Source: Armatimonadia bacterium
GTDB taxonomy: Bacteria > Armatimonadota > Zipacnadia > Zipacnadales > UBA11051
NCBI GenBank assembly: GCA_039683575.1
Contig: JBDKRC010000159.1
Span: 1-10,822, forward strand
DNA length: 10,822 nucleotides
Direction of reading: 5' to 3'
The translations under genes and the position numbers were made by a program. Positions 1 through 8,911 of this stretch are shown piece after piece; position 1 is the stretch's first letter, and every line of letters starts with the position of its first letter. The notes under the pieces are model-generated. The model searched no databases. It had not been told where the DNA came from and saw only the letters and a program-made list of their open reading frames with translations.

Positions 1-42
1 TATCACGTTTTGGGCGGGTAGTGAAGGGAGGGCTGGAAGGCG

Positions 43-957
43 CTACATCTCAAGCGGTAGTACGCCCTGTCCAGTCTGTAGGCGAGCCACGGCGTCAGAC
101 ATCTTCTTTTGCAGGTCCCTGTAGACGAGGGTTCGCCTGTCCATGCTCATGTTGAGAGGGTTGTTCTCGATGTCCCATGTCGGCTTGTGAGTACGACCTT
201 CAACCCTCTTGGCCCGCCTGAGATAACCTCTTAGCTCGTTAGTGGCCAGTTCAGTCGTCGCATCTCTCAGCTTCTCCTCATGGTACGACTTCTCAGAATC
301 CGACAACACGCTCCAAGCTCGCACGGCGTCAGCGCATAGCATCCGCAACTCTACACGCGGTTGTCTAGACTGCATATATGAGATAACACACTGGCCTACC
401 TTCTCAACGTACTTCCACTGTGGTGTGTCTCTATCAAACGGAACGTAGCTAAGAGGTAGCTCCTCCCTCAACTGGAGGCCCTCGGAAAACGCCTTGTTTA
501 GTTCGTTCACTTCAAGGCTATTGCAGATAAGCCTAATGGATGTCGGCCCCTTTGCTAGAACTGGGAAGGAAAGCTTCCACTGGGCCAACACTCTGGCAAA
601 ATCAGCCGCATCATCCTCATTTGTGACGACTGCGACGGCATGTCTTTCAGTCGCACTGGGGGGAATCTCGGCACGTTCGGACAGGTCGCGAGGCTTAACG
701 CCGTCATAGCGGAGCATCTGGTCCTGCTTGAGGTTGCCCTTCTTCCATTCCCACAGTATGGTGTGTCCCTTCTCGCGCGAGAAGACAATGATCTCGGGTA
801 CGACCGTTCGCCCTTGCTCGTTCTGGAATGGCATTTCAATCCAGTGTTCCTGATATCCCAAGTCGCACAGAAGGCTTGGCACCAACGGATCCCCCTTGCA
901 CATGGCGATGACCAAATTCAGCATTCTAAGACTGAAGCTCGGGTACTGGATTTCCAT
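43..957 (-). CDS. Hypothetical protein with N-terminal PD-(D/E)xK-like (restriction endonuclease-fold) motif; second gene of a two-gene unit
   Basis: 304-aa ORF ending in TAG (43-45). The segment VVPEIIVFS...TILWEWKKG...DQMLRY matches the P(D/E)...ExK...QxxxY layout of PD-(D/E)xK nucleases. Start is either ATG 957 (32-bp overlap with the upstream gene) or ATG 924 (1 nt after its stop, TAGAATG). Confidence 0.7.
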   Translation of the reverse strand: MEIQYPSFSLRMLNLVIAMCKGDPLVPSLLCDLGYQEHWIEMPFQNEQGRTVVPEIIVFSREKGHTILWEWKKGNLKQDQMLRYDGVKPRDLSERAEIPPSATERHAVAVVTNEDDAADFARVLAQWKLSFPVLAKGPTSIRLICNSLEVNELNKAFSEGLQLREELPLSYVPFDRDTPQWKYVEKVGQCVISYMQSRQPRVELRMLCADAVRAWSVLSDSEKSYHEEKLRDATTELATNELRGYLRRAKRVEGRTHKPTWDIENNPLNMSMDRRTLVYRDLQKKMSDAVARLQTGQGVLPLEM

Positions 958-2095
958 TGATTAGCATCCCAACTTGGGCATCAACCGTGTGCTGCAGATT
1001 TGTCAACAGCCTCACGATGGTGTTCCCGCATGATTGATCATGCAGATACACTCGCATAAAGTCACGGCCTATCTCAAAGTCCAGTGGATGGCCGACGTGA
1101 AGATCGATGGCGGAGACTTGGTAATAGTCTCTGCCCTGCCGCAACGGTACGCCCCAAAGCCGAAACGGCGGGGCACAAGTAAACAATCTCTCGCAGAAGC
1201 GGCCTACATCACTGATCTCGGCGTCGAATTGAAAGACTACCGGCGAACCGTCGACCGACCAACCCCGCTGGTCCTGATGGCCTCCGATCCTGGAGTTGGC
1301 TTCAATGAACTCTATGGCGTTCTTGTACCTGCGGTAGACCGTGCTGAGTAAGACTGAATGACATCTAAACGATGTGCCTCGTGCTGTCACTTTCCCATTG
1401 AACTTGATGTCGTCCAGAGTGAACTCGTCCTTCTTCCCTTCCTGAGCGAACTTCAGTTTCACCTTCGACAATGTAGTTGCGTGTGGAAACGCATTCTGGG
1501 CTCGCAAAACATCCAGGACGTGCGCTGCTTGGTTTCCCCACAACTGCATTTTGAGGAAGGATACAGGCCCGGTCACTTCCGGATCATCATCACTCATCTT
1601 CCGCTTGTCAAAGTCCAGCCCTAGACCCCGAAAACTCCCCCGATTCGTCACCCACTCAAGCAGTCCAGCGGGTAACCAAGCTGTGTCGAGTGAAGGAGTA
1701 CCCAGCGTCATTCTGTCGATGCACCAATCTACATCGTTGCTTGATCCCATGGAATGGATTAGCCAGAAGCGCGGGTCGGCGGCATCAACAAAGAGGTGCA
1801 CCGTCTCACTTCTTCGTGGGACAGCTAAGAGGAACAGACTTTCGTCCTGGGTCTCGGCGACATTGGAGCCTTTGGGGAGTGGTGAGACGTCATCATCAAG
1901 AAGAGACCGCAGGAGCTTGACCACACCATCATGTCCGCCGCGGTTGCCGCTATGCGCTTCGATCATGTGCGTCTTCACCAGATATGAATCGAAACTCAAA
2001 GACTGGTTCTGATGCAGTTGGGCATATGCACCCGTCATTCGATCTTGGAGATAGGCTGCGAGTTCAATCCTACTGCGTACCTGCATGGGGACCAT
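926..2095 (-). CDS. Hypothetical protein (389 aa), first gene of a low-GC two-gene unit
   Basis: Long ORF with globular-protein composition, no signal peptide or TM segment, and motif-like blocks (FNGKVTARGTSF, PFRLWG, IDLHVG, MRVYL, CGNTIVRLLTNLQH). Start is ATG 2095 or 2086. I cannot name the family. Confidence 0.8.
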   Translation of the reverse strand: MVPMQVRSRIELAAYLQDRMTGAYAQLHQNQSLSFDSYLVKTHMIEAHSGNRGGHDGVVKLLRSLLDDDVSPLPKGSNVAETQDESLFLLAVPRRSETVHLFVDAADPRFWLIHSMGSSNDVDWCIDRMTLGTPSLDTAWLPAGLLEWVTNRGSFRGLGLDFDKRKMSDDDPEVTGPVSFLKMQLWGNQAAHVLDVLRAQNAFPHATTLSKVKLKFAQEGKKDEFTLDDIKFNGKVTARGTSFRCHSVLLSTVYRRYKNAIEFIEANSRIGGHQDQRGWSVDGSPVVFQFDAEISDVGRFCERLFTCAPPFRLWGVPLRQGRDYYQVSAIDLHVGHPLDFEIGRDFMRVYLHDQSCGNTIVRLLTNLQHTVDAQVGMLINGNPVPELQS

Positions 2096-2313
2096 AGCAC
2101 CACTTGTTCCGAATCGCGTGACTAGCGGTTATGCACGCATTCGACGAGATACGCCCACAGTCCTTCAACTTAGGTACAGCATCGTTGATGGCCTCTAGGC
2201 CACGTTGCTGGGCTGGCGCAACTGCCCAATAACCCGTCGATGCCCTCCAGCAGGTCCCCACCCCACCCCTCACGAACTCTCCTGCCGTCCCTCTCCCAAG
2301 GAGCCACAAACCC

Positions 2314-3369
2314 ATGACCCGCCTTCTCACCCTTCTCACCATAGCCCTTATCGTTTCCGTCGCCTTCGCCCAGCCTCCCGCCGCCCTCCAAACCCCCGGC
2401 CTCGACACTGACGCCGACCGCGATGGGCTGCCCGATGGCTGGCACAAGTATGTCGCCTTCCCTGGCCAGGCGAAGACCGCCGTGGACGCCGCTGTGAAGT
2501 CTGAGGGCCCTGCCTCCCTGCGCGTCGAGTTGGCCCCCGCCACCCGCTGCGCTGTCTCCCAACTCATCCGCGTCACTGACCCCGGCCCCTACACCTTCGG
2601 CTGCCGTCTGTATGGGACCAAGGCCCCGGCGACCGTGCAGACCCAGATCCAGTGGTTCAAGACCGTGGACTGGCCCCGCCAGATCGCTCTAGTCAAGGAG
2701 GATCCCGCCTCCCCGGCCGTCACCGCCTCCGAGGTCTGGACCGTCGTGGCTGCCACTGGCGCCAAGCCCGACGACGCTGATCTCGCGCTCGTGGTCATCT
2801 CCGCGACCTCCCCGAAGGATGGCCCCGCCAGCGTCTGGCTCGACGATGCCTCCTGGCGGCCCGGCGCCTTCCCTGCCCCGCTGGTCATGAACCCGAGCTT
2901 CGAGCTTGACCTCAACGCCGACAACCAGCCCGACGGCTGGGGCGCGTCCCAGTATGGCGGGGGCTTCGAGCTCGTCCGCGACGCCACCGTCGCCCACACG
3001 GGCCAGGCCTCCGCCCGCCTCACCGGGACCAAAGACCACGGCGACCGCTCGTGCTACGTCCAGGCTTCGCCACTCTTCACCCCGCCCGGCAAGGTCCGGC
3101 TCTCTTTCTGGTACAAGGGTGCCGGACTATCCACTGGCATCATGCACCTCCTCACTCCCGCCGGAGTCCAGAAACCTGGTGGCGGGATCGAGTATGGCGT
3201 GATGACCTTCACCCCGAAGCTGTCCGACCAGTGGCAGAAGTTCAGCCAGGAAATCGCCGTTCCCGACGAGGCCAAAAAGGCCGGCATCATGCGAGTGGAC
3301 ATCATTCTCTATCAGAAGGGTGAAGGTGCCCTTTGGTATGACGATGTTGAGGTCGAGCTTCTGCCTTAG
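2314..3369 (+). CDS. Secreted protein with two CBM4/9-like (galactose-binding-like jelly-roll) domains
   Basis: AAGGAG SD at 2298-2303. Sec signal MTRLLTLLTIALIVSVAFA. Two homologous halves: DADRDGLPDGW...G.ASLR...VWLDD and NPSFE.D.NADNQPDGW...AHTGQASARL...LSFWYKG...WQKF...LWYDDVEV. Confidence 0.8.
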   Translation: MTRLLTLLTIALIVSVAFAQPPAALQTPGLDTDADRDGLPDGWHKYVAFPGQAKTAVDAAVKSEGPASLRVELAPATRCAVSQLIRVTDPGPYTFGCRLYGTKAPATVQTQIQWFKTVDWPRQIALVKEDPASPAVTASEVWTVVAATGAKPDDADLALVVISATSPKDGPASVWLDDASWRPGAFPAPLVMNPSFELDLNADNQPDGWGASQYGGGFELVRDATVAHTGQASARLTGTKDHGDRSCYVQASPLFTPPGKVRLSFWYKGAGLSTGIMHLLTPAGVQKPGGGIEYGVMTFTPKLSDQWQKFSQEIAVPDEAKKAGIMRVDIILYQKGEGALWYDDVEVELLP

Positions 3370-3468
3370 GAAAGTCATGCCCCTCGTGGTATAGGTTTTC
3401 TTCCAATATCACTATATGTCAACTTCAATGTGTGCAATGCTCGGTACTTTTCGGAGGTTTTGAACCCC

Positions 3469-5100
3469 ATGTCGAAGGTCTTGCTCGTCAGTTACGTCGG
3501 CTATCCCTCAACCCCCGCCCAACTCGTCGCCAACCCCTGGTTGGCCACTCAACTAGCCGCCCTCCAAGCCGCAGGCCATGACGCCCTCGCCCTTGACTAT
3601 GGTACCGTTACCATGATGCGCCGCCTCTACCCCGAGGCTCTCACGGCCCGGCTAAAGCCCATGGTAGCAGGCATGAAGGGCGGGGGCCAACTCGACGAAA
3701 ACGGCCTCAGAATGCTCCAGGACCTCGATAGGATGCTGGACGCCCACCAGGAGCAGGTGGCCGCCGAGGTCCGCCAGGAGCTACTGGAGCGCATCGAGCG
3801 CGACCGCCCGCAGGTGGTGGTCTTCGAGCTTGGCGACGGCGACGGCTACACTGCCACGGTACAGATGGCCGAGGCCGTGCGGGAGCGGTTCCCCGAGCTG
3901 CTCATAGCCGCCGGGGGCCGCAAAGCCGCCTGGTTCCGAGGCCTCATCCACAAGTCCACCAGAGCCTTCGACGCCGTGATCCACGGCGACCCAGAGGGCG
4001 TTGTAGTGGCTCTGGCGGGCCTTCAGAGCCGTTCTGGCCTCTCCGCCGTCCCCGGCCTGACCACTGCCGAGGGCGAGAACGATCGGGTTGAAACGGGGAG
4101 CCTTGATGACCTGCCGCTGGCCGTTTATGACCCCGCTGTCTACCCGGCCATGGCCGGGGATGACAAGATCAAGATGGCGATTATCTCCGAGACTCGCGGC
4201 TGCGGTAACCGCTGCGCGTTCTGCTCCCACCCGTGGGAGGACGGCCTGCACCAGCGCCAGATGTCGCCGAATCGGCTTGTAGACACCATGCAGGGGCTCC
4301 AGGAGCGGTATGGCATGTCGGTCTTCCGCTACGGCGGGGCCTCGACCCCGGCGGAGCTGATGTACGAGGCGGCCCGCGAGATCCTGCGGCGGGGCCTGCA
4401 GGTGCAGTACAACAGCTTCGGCCACTACCGCACCGCCTGGCCCGAGCACTTCGAGACGCTGGCCAAGTCCGGCCTCTACTCGCTCTTCTTCGGCCTGGAG
4501 TCCGGCTCGCAGGACATTTTGGACAAGGCGGTCCACAAGGGCATCAAGCTCCAGCAGGTGCGGGACACCATGCAGGCAGCGCGGGCGGCGGGCATCTTTG
4601 CCGCGGCCTCGATGATCGTCCCGCTGCCCTTCGACACCGAGGCGACCCTGGCTGAGAGCCTGCAGTTCATCACTGAGCTCAGGCCCGACAGCGTCCCGCT
4701 GCAGTTCCCCGGCCTCATGCCCGGCTCGCGCTGGATTGCCGACCCGGCGAGGTACAACATCGAGGTCGGTGACACCGAGAAGTTCCTGCTCGACGGCCTC
4801 GACTACAAGTTCAAGCTGCTCTTCCCGCCCCAGTACTGGCAGCCGCTGCCCTACAAGGTCAATGGCATGAGCTTCCACGAGTTCACGGGCGTGACGATGA
4901 AGTTTGGCATGCAGCTTGAGATGGCGGGCCTGCTGACGAACTTCTCCCACACGCTGGCGGCGATCGCGAAGTCCGCGGGCTTGCCGCCACGGCAGCTTCG
5001 GGACCTGGCGCAGCTATGGTGCGTCACCGGCGATGCGGAGGGGATGGGCGAGATGATCGCGCGGGCGAACGCCGCCATGATCCGCCCCTCCTCGGCGTAG
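3469..5100 (+). CDS. Cobalamin (B12)-binding domain radical SAM protein (class B methyltransferase-like)
   Basis: GGAGG SD at 3453-3457 favours ATG 3469 over GTG 3430. CxxxCxxC motif in ETRGCGNRCAFC (Cys codons 4201-4224). N-terminal B12-binding-like region (IAAGG...FDAVIHGDPE) and FGLESGSQDIL, ET/TLAESLQF, PGS motifs typical of the family. Confidence 0.88.
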   Translation: MSKVLLVSYVGYPSTPAQLVANPWLATQLAALQAAGHDALALDYGTVTMMRRLYPEALTARLKPMVAGMKGGGQLDENGLRMLQDLDRMLDAHQEQVAAEVRQELLERIERDRPQVVVFELGDGDGYTATVQMAEAVRERFPELLIAAGGRKAAWFRGLIHKSTRAFDAVIHGDPEGVVVALAGLQSRSGLSAVPGLTTAEGENDRVETGSLDDLPLAVYDPAVYPAMAGDDKIKMAIISETRGCGNRCAFCSHPWEDGLHQRQMSPNRLVDTMQGLQERYGMSVFRYGGASTPAELMYEAAREILRRGLQVQYNSFGHYRTAWPEHFETLAKSGLYSLFFGLESGSQDILDKAVHKGIKLQQVRDTMQAARAAGIFAAASMIVPLPFDTEATLAESLQFITELRPDSVPLQFPGLMPGSRWIADPARYNIEVGDTEKFLLDGLDYKFKLLFPPQYWQPLPYKVNGMSFHEFTGVTMKFGMQLEMAGLLTNFSHTLAAIAKSAGLPPRQLRDLAQLWCVTGDAEGMGEMIARANAAMIRPSSA

Positions 5101-5120
5101 TGGGTGGCCGGTGCGCCGGA

Positions 5121-5145
5121 GCCCGACAGGAATGTCGGGCGTACC
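5121..5145. repeat. REP-like palindrome / stem-loop downstream of the radical SAM gene
   Basis: Perfect 8-bp inverted repeat GCCCGACA-GGAA-TGTCGGGC (5121-5140) flanked by GTAC; no U-tract. Confidence 0.5.
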
Positions 5146-5263
5146 TTGTGTTGGCCACTGGATGTTTGCTGCTCTGTGCCGACAGAAACTAGACAAAACG
5201 ATGCCGATCTTCGTCAGCATACCATGATAGTGCCTTGCAGGCAGGCGAAGTGAGGTGGAAGTG

Positions 5264-6472
5264 ATGGGGCGTCCAGGGGTAGTGGCTCTGGTTTTCGTGG
5301 GGCTGGTTTTGATGGCCGTGGGTTGCCGCAAGGAGGCGGCCACGGCTCTGGAAACGCCGGTGGTTGTGACCGCGACCCAGCCGGCGCAGGCGTGGGGGTG
5401 TCTCTACGAGGCTGACGGCGGCGCGTTCTGGCTCTCTACCACTCCCGGCAGCGTCCCCGTGAAGCTGCTGTCGATGCAGCCGGATGAGTATGTGAACGAG
5501 TGTGCGGTGTCGGCTGACGGGCGGCAGGTGGCGGTGACCACCGATCAGGGCAAGGGGCAGCTTGTGGCTGCGGCCGGGGGGCAGGCTGAGACGCTCTTCA
5601 CGGATGCTACGGACGCAGGCGGGCTCGCCTGGTCGCCGGATGGTTCCCGCCTGGCCTATGGGGCTGACGGCATCTTGTACCTTCAGGAGCCAGGGCAGCC
5701 GCGAGTGAAGCTGGCCACGGCGCCACGGGTTACCGACCTTGCCTGGTCGCCGGACGGGCTCCGGATCGCCTACGGCCGCCGGGCTGACGATGACAAGGAC
5801 CTTGGCCTGTGGCTAGTCCCGGCGGGGGGCGGCACTCCACGGCGGATAGTGAAGTCCAGCGGCGACGTGTTCGGCGTTAGCGAGATCTCCTGGTCACCGG
5901 ACGGCAAGTGGATTGCCTTCCTGCACGCCTGGGAGGGCGGCGCGCTGTGCTTTGTAAGGCCCGATGGCAGCAGCTATCGGAAGGACGTCGGTCCGGCCTG
6001 GGGCGACGTGCAGTGGCTGGGCAGTTCGGAGGTCGTGTACGTGTCGATGGAAGACGAGATGACCACCAGGGGCATATTCCGCTGTACCCCCGCCGGCAAG
6101 CCACAGCAGATCATTGATGGCAAGGCAGTGACCTTTGCTCTCAGCCGCGCGGGGAGCCTGCTGGTGTTGAAGAACCCGCCGGATGAGAATGCTGAGAAGG
6201 TCATTGACGCCTCCATCATCGCCAACGCGGGAGCGGGCCTGTCAACGACGTGGGCGCGCAAGATGAGCGGCAACTACGCGACGGGCTCGTGGTCGCCCGA
6301 CGGCCAGACCATTGCGGTGTGCGTGGAGGATGAGGCGGGGAAGGGGACACTCTACCTGGCGCCGGTAAGGGGGGAGCTAAGCGAGCGGGCGACGGCCATG
6401 CGGCGGATATTGGGCTGGGCGCAGGGCGTGGAACAACCGCAGGCGGGCAAAGCGGCCTTACCGGCGGATTAG
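5264..6472 (+). CDS. Lipoprotein with TolB-like PD40/WD40 beta-propeller
   Basis: GAGGTG SD at 5252-5257 before ATG 5264. Hydrophobic signal with lipobox MAVG|C. Repeated VSADG/WSPDG motifs (SADGRQVA, WSPDGSRLAY, WSPDGLRIAY, WSPDGKWIAF, WSPDGQTIAV). Confidence 0.85.
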   Translation: MGRPGVVALVFVGLVLMAVGCRKEAATALETPVVVTATQPAQAWGCLYEADGGAFWLSTTPGSVPVKLLSMQPDEYVNECAVSADGRQVAVTTDQGKGQLVAAAGGQAETLFTDATDAGGLAWSPDGSRLAYGADGILYLQEPGQPRVKLATAPRVTDLAWSPDGLRIAYGRRADDDKDLGLWLVPAGGGTPRRIVKSSGDVFGVSEISWSPDGKWIAFLHAWEGGALCFVRPDGSSYRKDVGPAWGDVQWLGSSEVVYVSMEDEMTTRGIFRCTPAGKPQQIIDGKAVTFALSRAGSLLVLKNPPDENAEKVIDASIIANAGAGLSTTWARKMSGNYATGSWSPDGQTIAVCVEDEAGKGTLYLAPVRGELSERATAMRRILGWAQGVEQPQAGKAALPAD

Positions 6473-6502
6473 TCCCTTCACCTCTGAGCCTTCATGAATC
6501 AA

Positions 6503-6527
6503 AGGCGCGGCCACCAAGGCCGCGCCT
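6503..6527. terminator. Likely bidirectional intrinsic terminator between convergent genes
   Basis: Perfect 10-bp stem AGGCGCGGCC-ACCAA-GGCCGCGCCT, followed by GTTTC on + and TTGATT on -. Lies between the stops at 6472 (+) and 6554 (-). Confidence 0.75.
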
Positions 6528-6553
6528 GTTTCGTGTCAGTCGTCAGTTTCCGG

Positions 6554-8737
6554 TCAGCGTATCTGTAGCGGGGCGACGGCAGTGGTCTGCGTGCCCTCGT
6601 TGCCGATAGCCACAACGCGCACGAGGTAGGTCCCCGCGGGCACCTTGCTCCCGGTGCGACCCTTACCATTCCACACCAGCGAACTCACGCCGGCGGGCAG
6701 GTCACGCTCGGGGAGTTCGGCGACTACGCGCCCGGCAACATTGCAGACCACCGTCCGCACCGTCGCCGCACTCGACAGGTTCACCGTCACCTGCGCCCCG
6801 CCCGCCGTCGGCGCGGCCGCCACACTAACCGCCGCCGATGCCGCCGCCGGAGCCGTCTTGAACCAGTAGTTCTCGCCCCACCCCAGCACCCTCCCGCTCT
6901 TGCAGGTGATGCCTGGATCGAGGTTGACGCGGTAATAGGTGTTCGGCAACAGCGGCGCCTTCGGTCGCAGCTTCACTTTCCTCTCTGCGGTCACCCAAGT
7001 CATGGTAGCCGGCACCACCTTCGTCGTCCCCAGCTTGATCTGCACCCGCGTCGTAACCGTCGCCTGCTGCACCGGCCAGCGGAAGCTGACAAACACACAG
7101 CTAGTCACCGGCACCCCGTAAGTCTTCGGCGCCGGCGTAATACCGGCCATGTTGACGACAGTGACGCTGCTCCCGATCTTCCACGGGCTGTAGCTCGCCC
7201 CGGCATACGCCTGCGCTCGCGCTCGCCAGGTGTCGCCAATCTTGACATTACTGGCGGCCAGCTTGTTGCCTGTGTATGCCCAGGCGTCCCACGTGCCGTC
7301 GGCCTTCTTCTTCGACCACTGGTACTTGTAGGTCACAGTACCTCCATCAGCATCGGTTGACCCAGTGGCGGTGCCACGGAGATCCTCCGGCCCGGGTGCC
7401 GCCGGGGCGATGGTTACTGCGGTGGGGGCAGTAGGCCGCGTACTGACTCCAAGGGTGTCGTGTATGAACACATCATCAGCCTCGTTGGTGTCCCCGGCGA
7501 CCAGATTGCTCGCACGGGAGTTAAACGCCACGTAACGTCCATTCGCGCTGATGGACGGGATAGAGCAGTGATCGTCTCCCTGGGTGCCGCCGGTGGCGAC
7601 GCTGACCCGGATCGTCGTGCCTGCGGTGCGGTCATGCACGAACACGTCGCAATAGTAGTTGGTGTCCCCGGCGACCAGATTGCTGGCCTAGGATTCAAAC
7701 GCGACGTACCGCCCATCCGCGCTGATGGACGGCCTATAGCTGGAATCGTTCCCCTGGGTGCCGCCGGTGGCGACACTGGCTCGGGTCGTCGTGCTCGTGG
7801 TGCGGTCATGCACGAACACGTCACTCTCCCCATTGGTGTCCCCGCCGATCAGATTGCTGGCAGAGGATTCGAACGCCACGTACCGCCCATCTGCGCTGAT
7901 GGACGGGAACCAGCTGGAATCGTTCGCCTGGTCGCCGCCGGTGGCGACACTGACCCGGGTCGTCGTGCCTGTGGTGCGGTCATGGACAAACACGTCACTC
8001 TCCCCGTTCGTGTCCCCGCCGACGAGATCGCTGGCCGAAGAGAGGAACGCCACGTACCGCCCGTCCCCACTGATGGACGAGGTCGAGCTCGAGTCGTTAC
8101 CCTGGCCCCCGTCGGTGGCGACACTGACCCTAGTCGTCGTGCGTGTGGTGCGGTCATGCACGAACGCGTCACTCTTCCCGTTGGTGTCCCCGCCGACGAG
8201 ATTGCTGGCCGAAGATAGGAACGCCACGTACCGCCCGTCCCCACTGATGGACGAGGGACAGCTCTCGTCGTTCCCCTGGCCCCCGCCGGTGGCAACACTG
8301 ACGCGGGTCGTCGTGCCGGTGGTGCGGTCATGCACGAACACGTCGCCAGACCCATTGGTGTCCCCGGCGACCAGATTGCTGGCCCGGGATTCAAACGCCA
8401 CGTACCGCCCATCTGCACTGATGGACGGGAAGTAGCTGAAACCGTTCGCCTGGTCGCCGCCGGTGGCGACACTAACCATGGTCGTCGTGCCCGTGGTGCG
8501 GTCACGCACGAATATGTCGTAATCCCCATTAGTGTCCCCGGCGACCAGATCTGTGGCATATGATGCGAACGCCACATACCGCCCATCCGCGCTGACGGAC
8601 AGTTCATCGCTCCAACTGTTGCCTTGGGCGCCGCCGGTGGCAACACTGACGCGGGTCGTGATCCCCGCCCATCCCCCGCCTGCCAGCGCAGCGACCGCTA
8701 GGCACAACAAACACTGCAGCAATACTCGTCGAAGCAT
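6554..8737 (-). pseudogene. Paralog A: secreted 7-bladed TolB/PD40-like propeller + Ig-like + Big_5-like + FlgD-Ig-like protein, interrupted by one in-frame TAG at 7688-7690
   Basis: ORFs 7688-8764 and 6554-7645 share a frame, and translation across the stop continues the repeat (YVAFES*ASNLVAGDTNYYCDVFVHDR). GGAGG SD lies 9 nt before ATG 8737, with signal peptide MLRRVLLQCLLCLAVAALAGGGWA. 727 codons before the terminal TGA, with the internal stop at codon 350. Confidence 0.85.
7460..8662 (-). repeat. Seven tandem 174-bp (58-aa) propeller-blade repeats of paralog A
   Basis: Consensus RVSVATGGxQ(G/A)(N/D)xxSxxPSISADGRYVAFxSxASNLVAGDTNxxxDVFVHDRTTGTTT repeated 7 times with no indels. Confidence 0.95.
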
Positions 8738-8857
8738 GAGGCAATCCCTCCCTCGAACATGCATGGCTTCTCCATCAGTTTCATCATAGTCATGGCATTC
8801 CCCTCCCTCTTACCAACCAATCTGTCGCAACCAACATCCCATCACCCCCAAAGGCAG

Positions 8858-8888
8858 AACAGGCGCGACCACCGGGGCCGCGCCTGTT
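8858..8888 (-). terminator. Stem-loop (probable terminator) after paralog B, homologous to 6503-6527
   Basis: Minus strand reads AACAGGCGCGGCC-CCGGT-GGTCGCGCCTGTT: 13-bp stem whose single imperfection is a G-U wobble on the minus-strand RNA but an A-C mismatch on plus. Located about 25 nt after TGA 8912. Confidence 0.7.
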
Positions 8889-8911
8889 TCGTGTCAGTCG
8901 TCAGTCTTCGG

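Noticed and set aside
2096-3468. Sigma70 promoters in the intergenic regions 2096-2313 and 3370-3468
   Set aside because: Only partial -10 or -35-like hexamers (e.g. TGGTATAGG near 3387) without a correctly spaced partner; not supportable.
2070-5343. Antisense/overlapping ORFs such as 2070-2576, 2170-2562, 3781-4950 and 5014-5343
   Set aside because: They overlap better-supported genes with clear motifs and are typical high-GC shadow ORFs.
5264-6472. Calling the lipoprotein tolB
   Set aside because: It has PD40-like repeats but a lipobox, no TolB N-terminal domain and no tolQRA/pal context.
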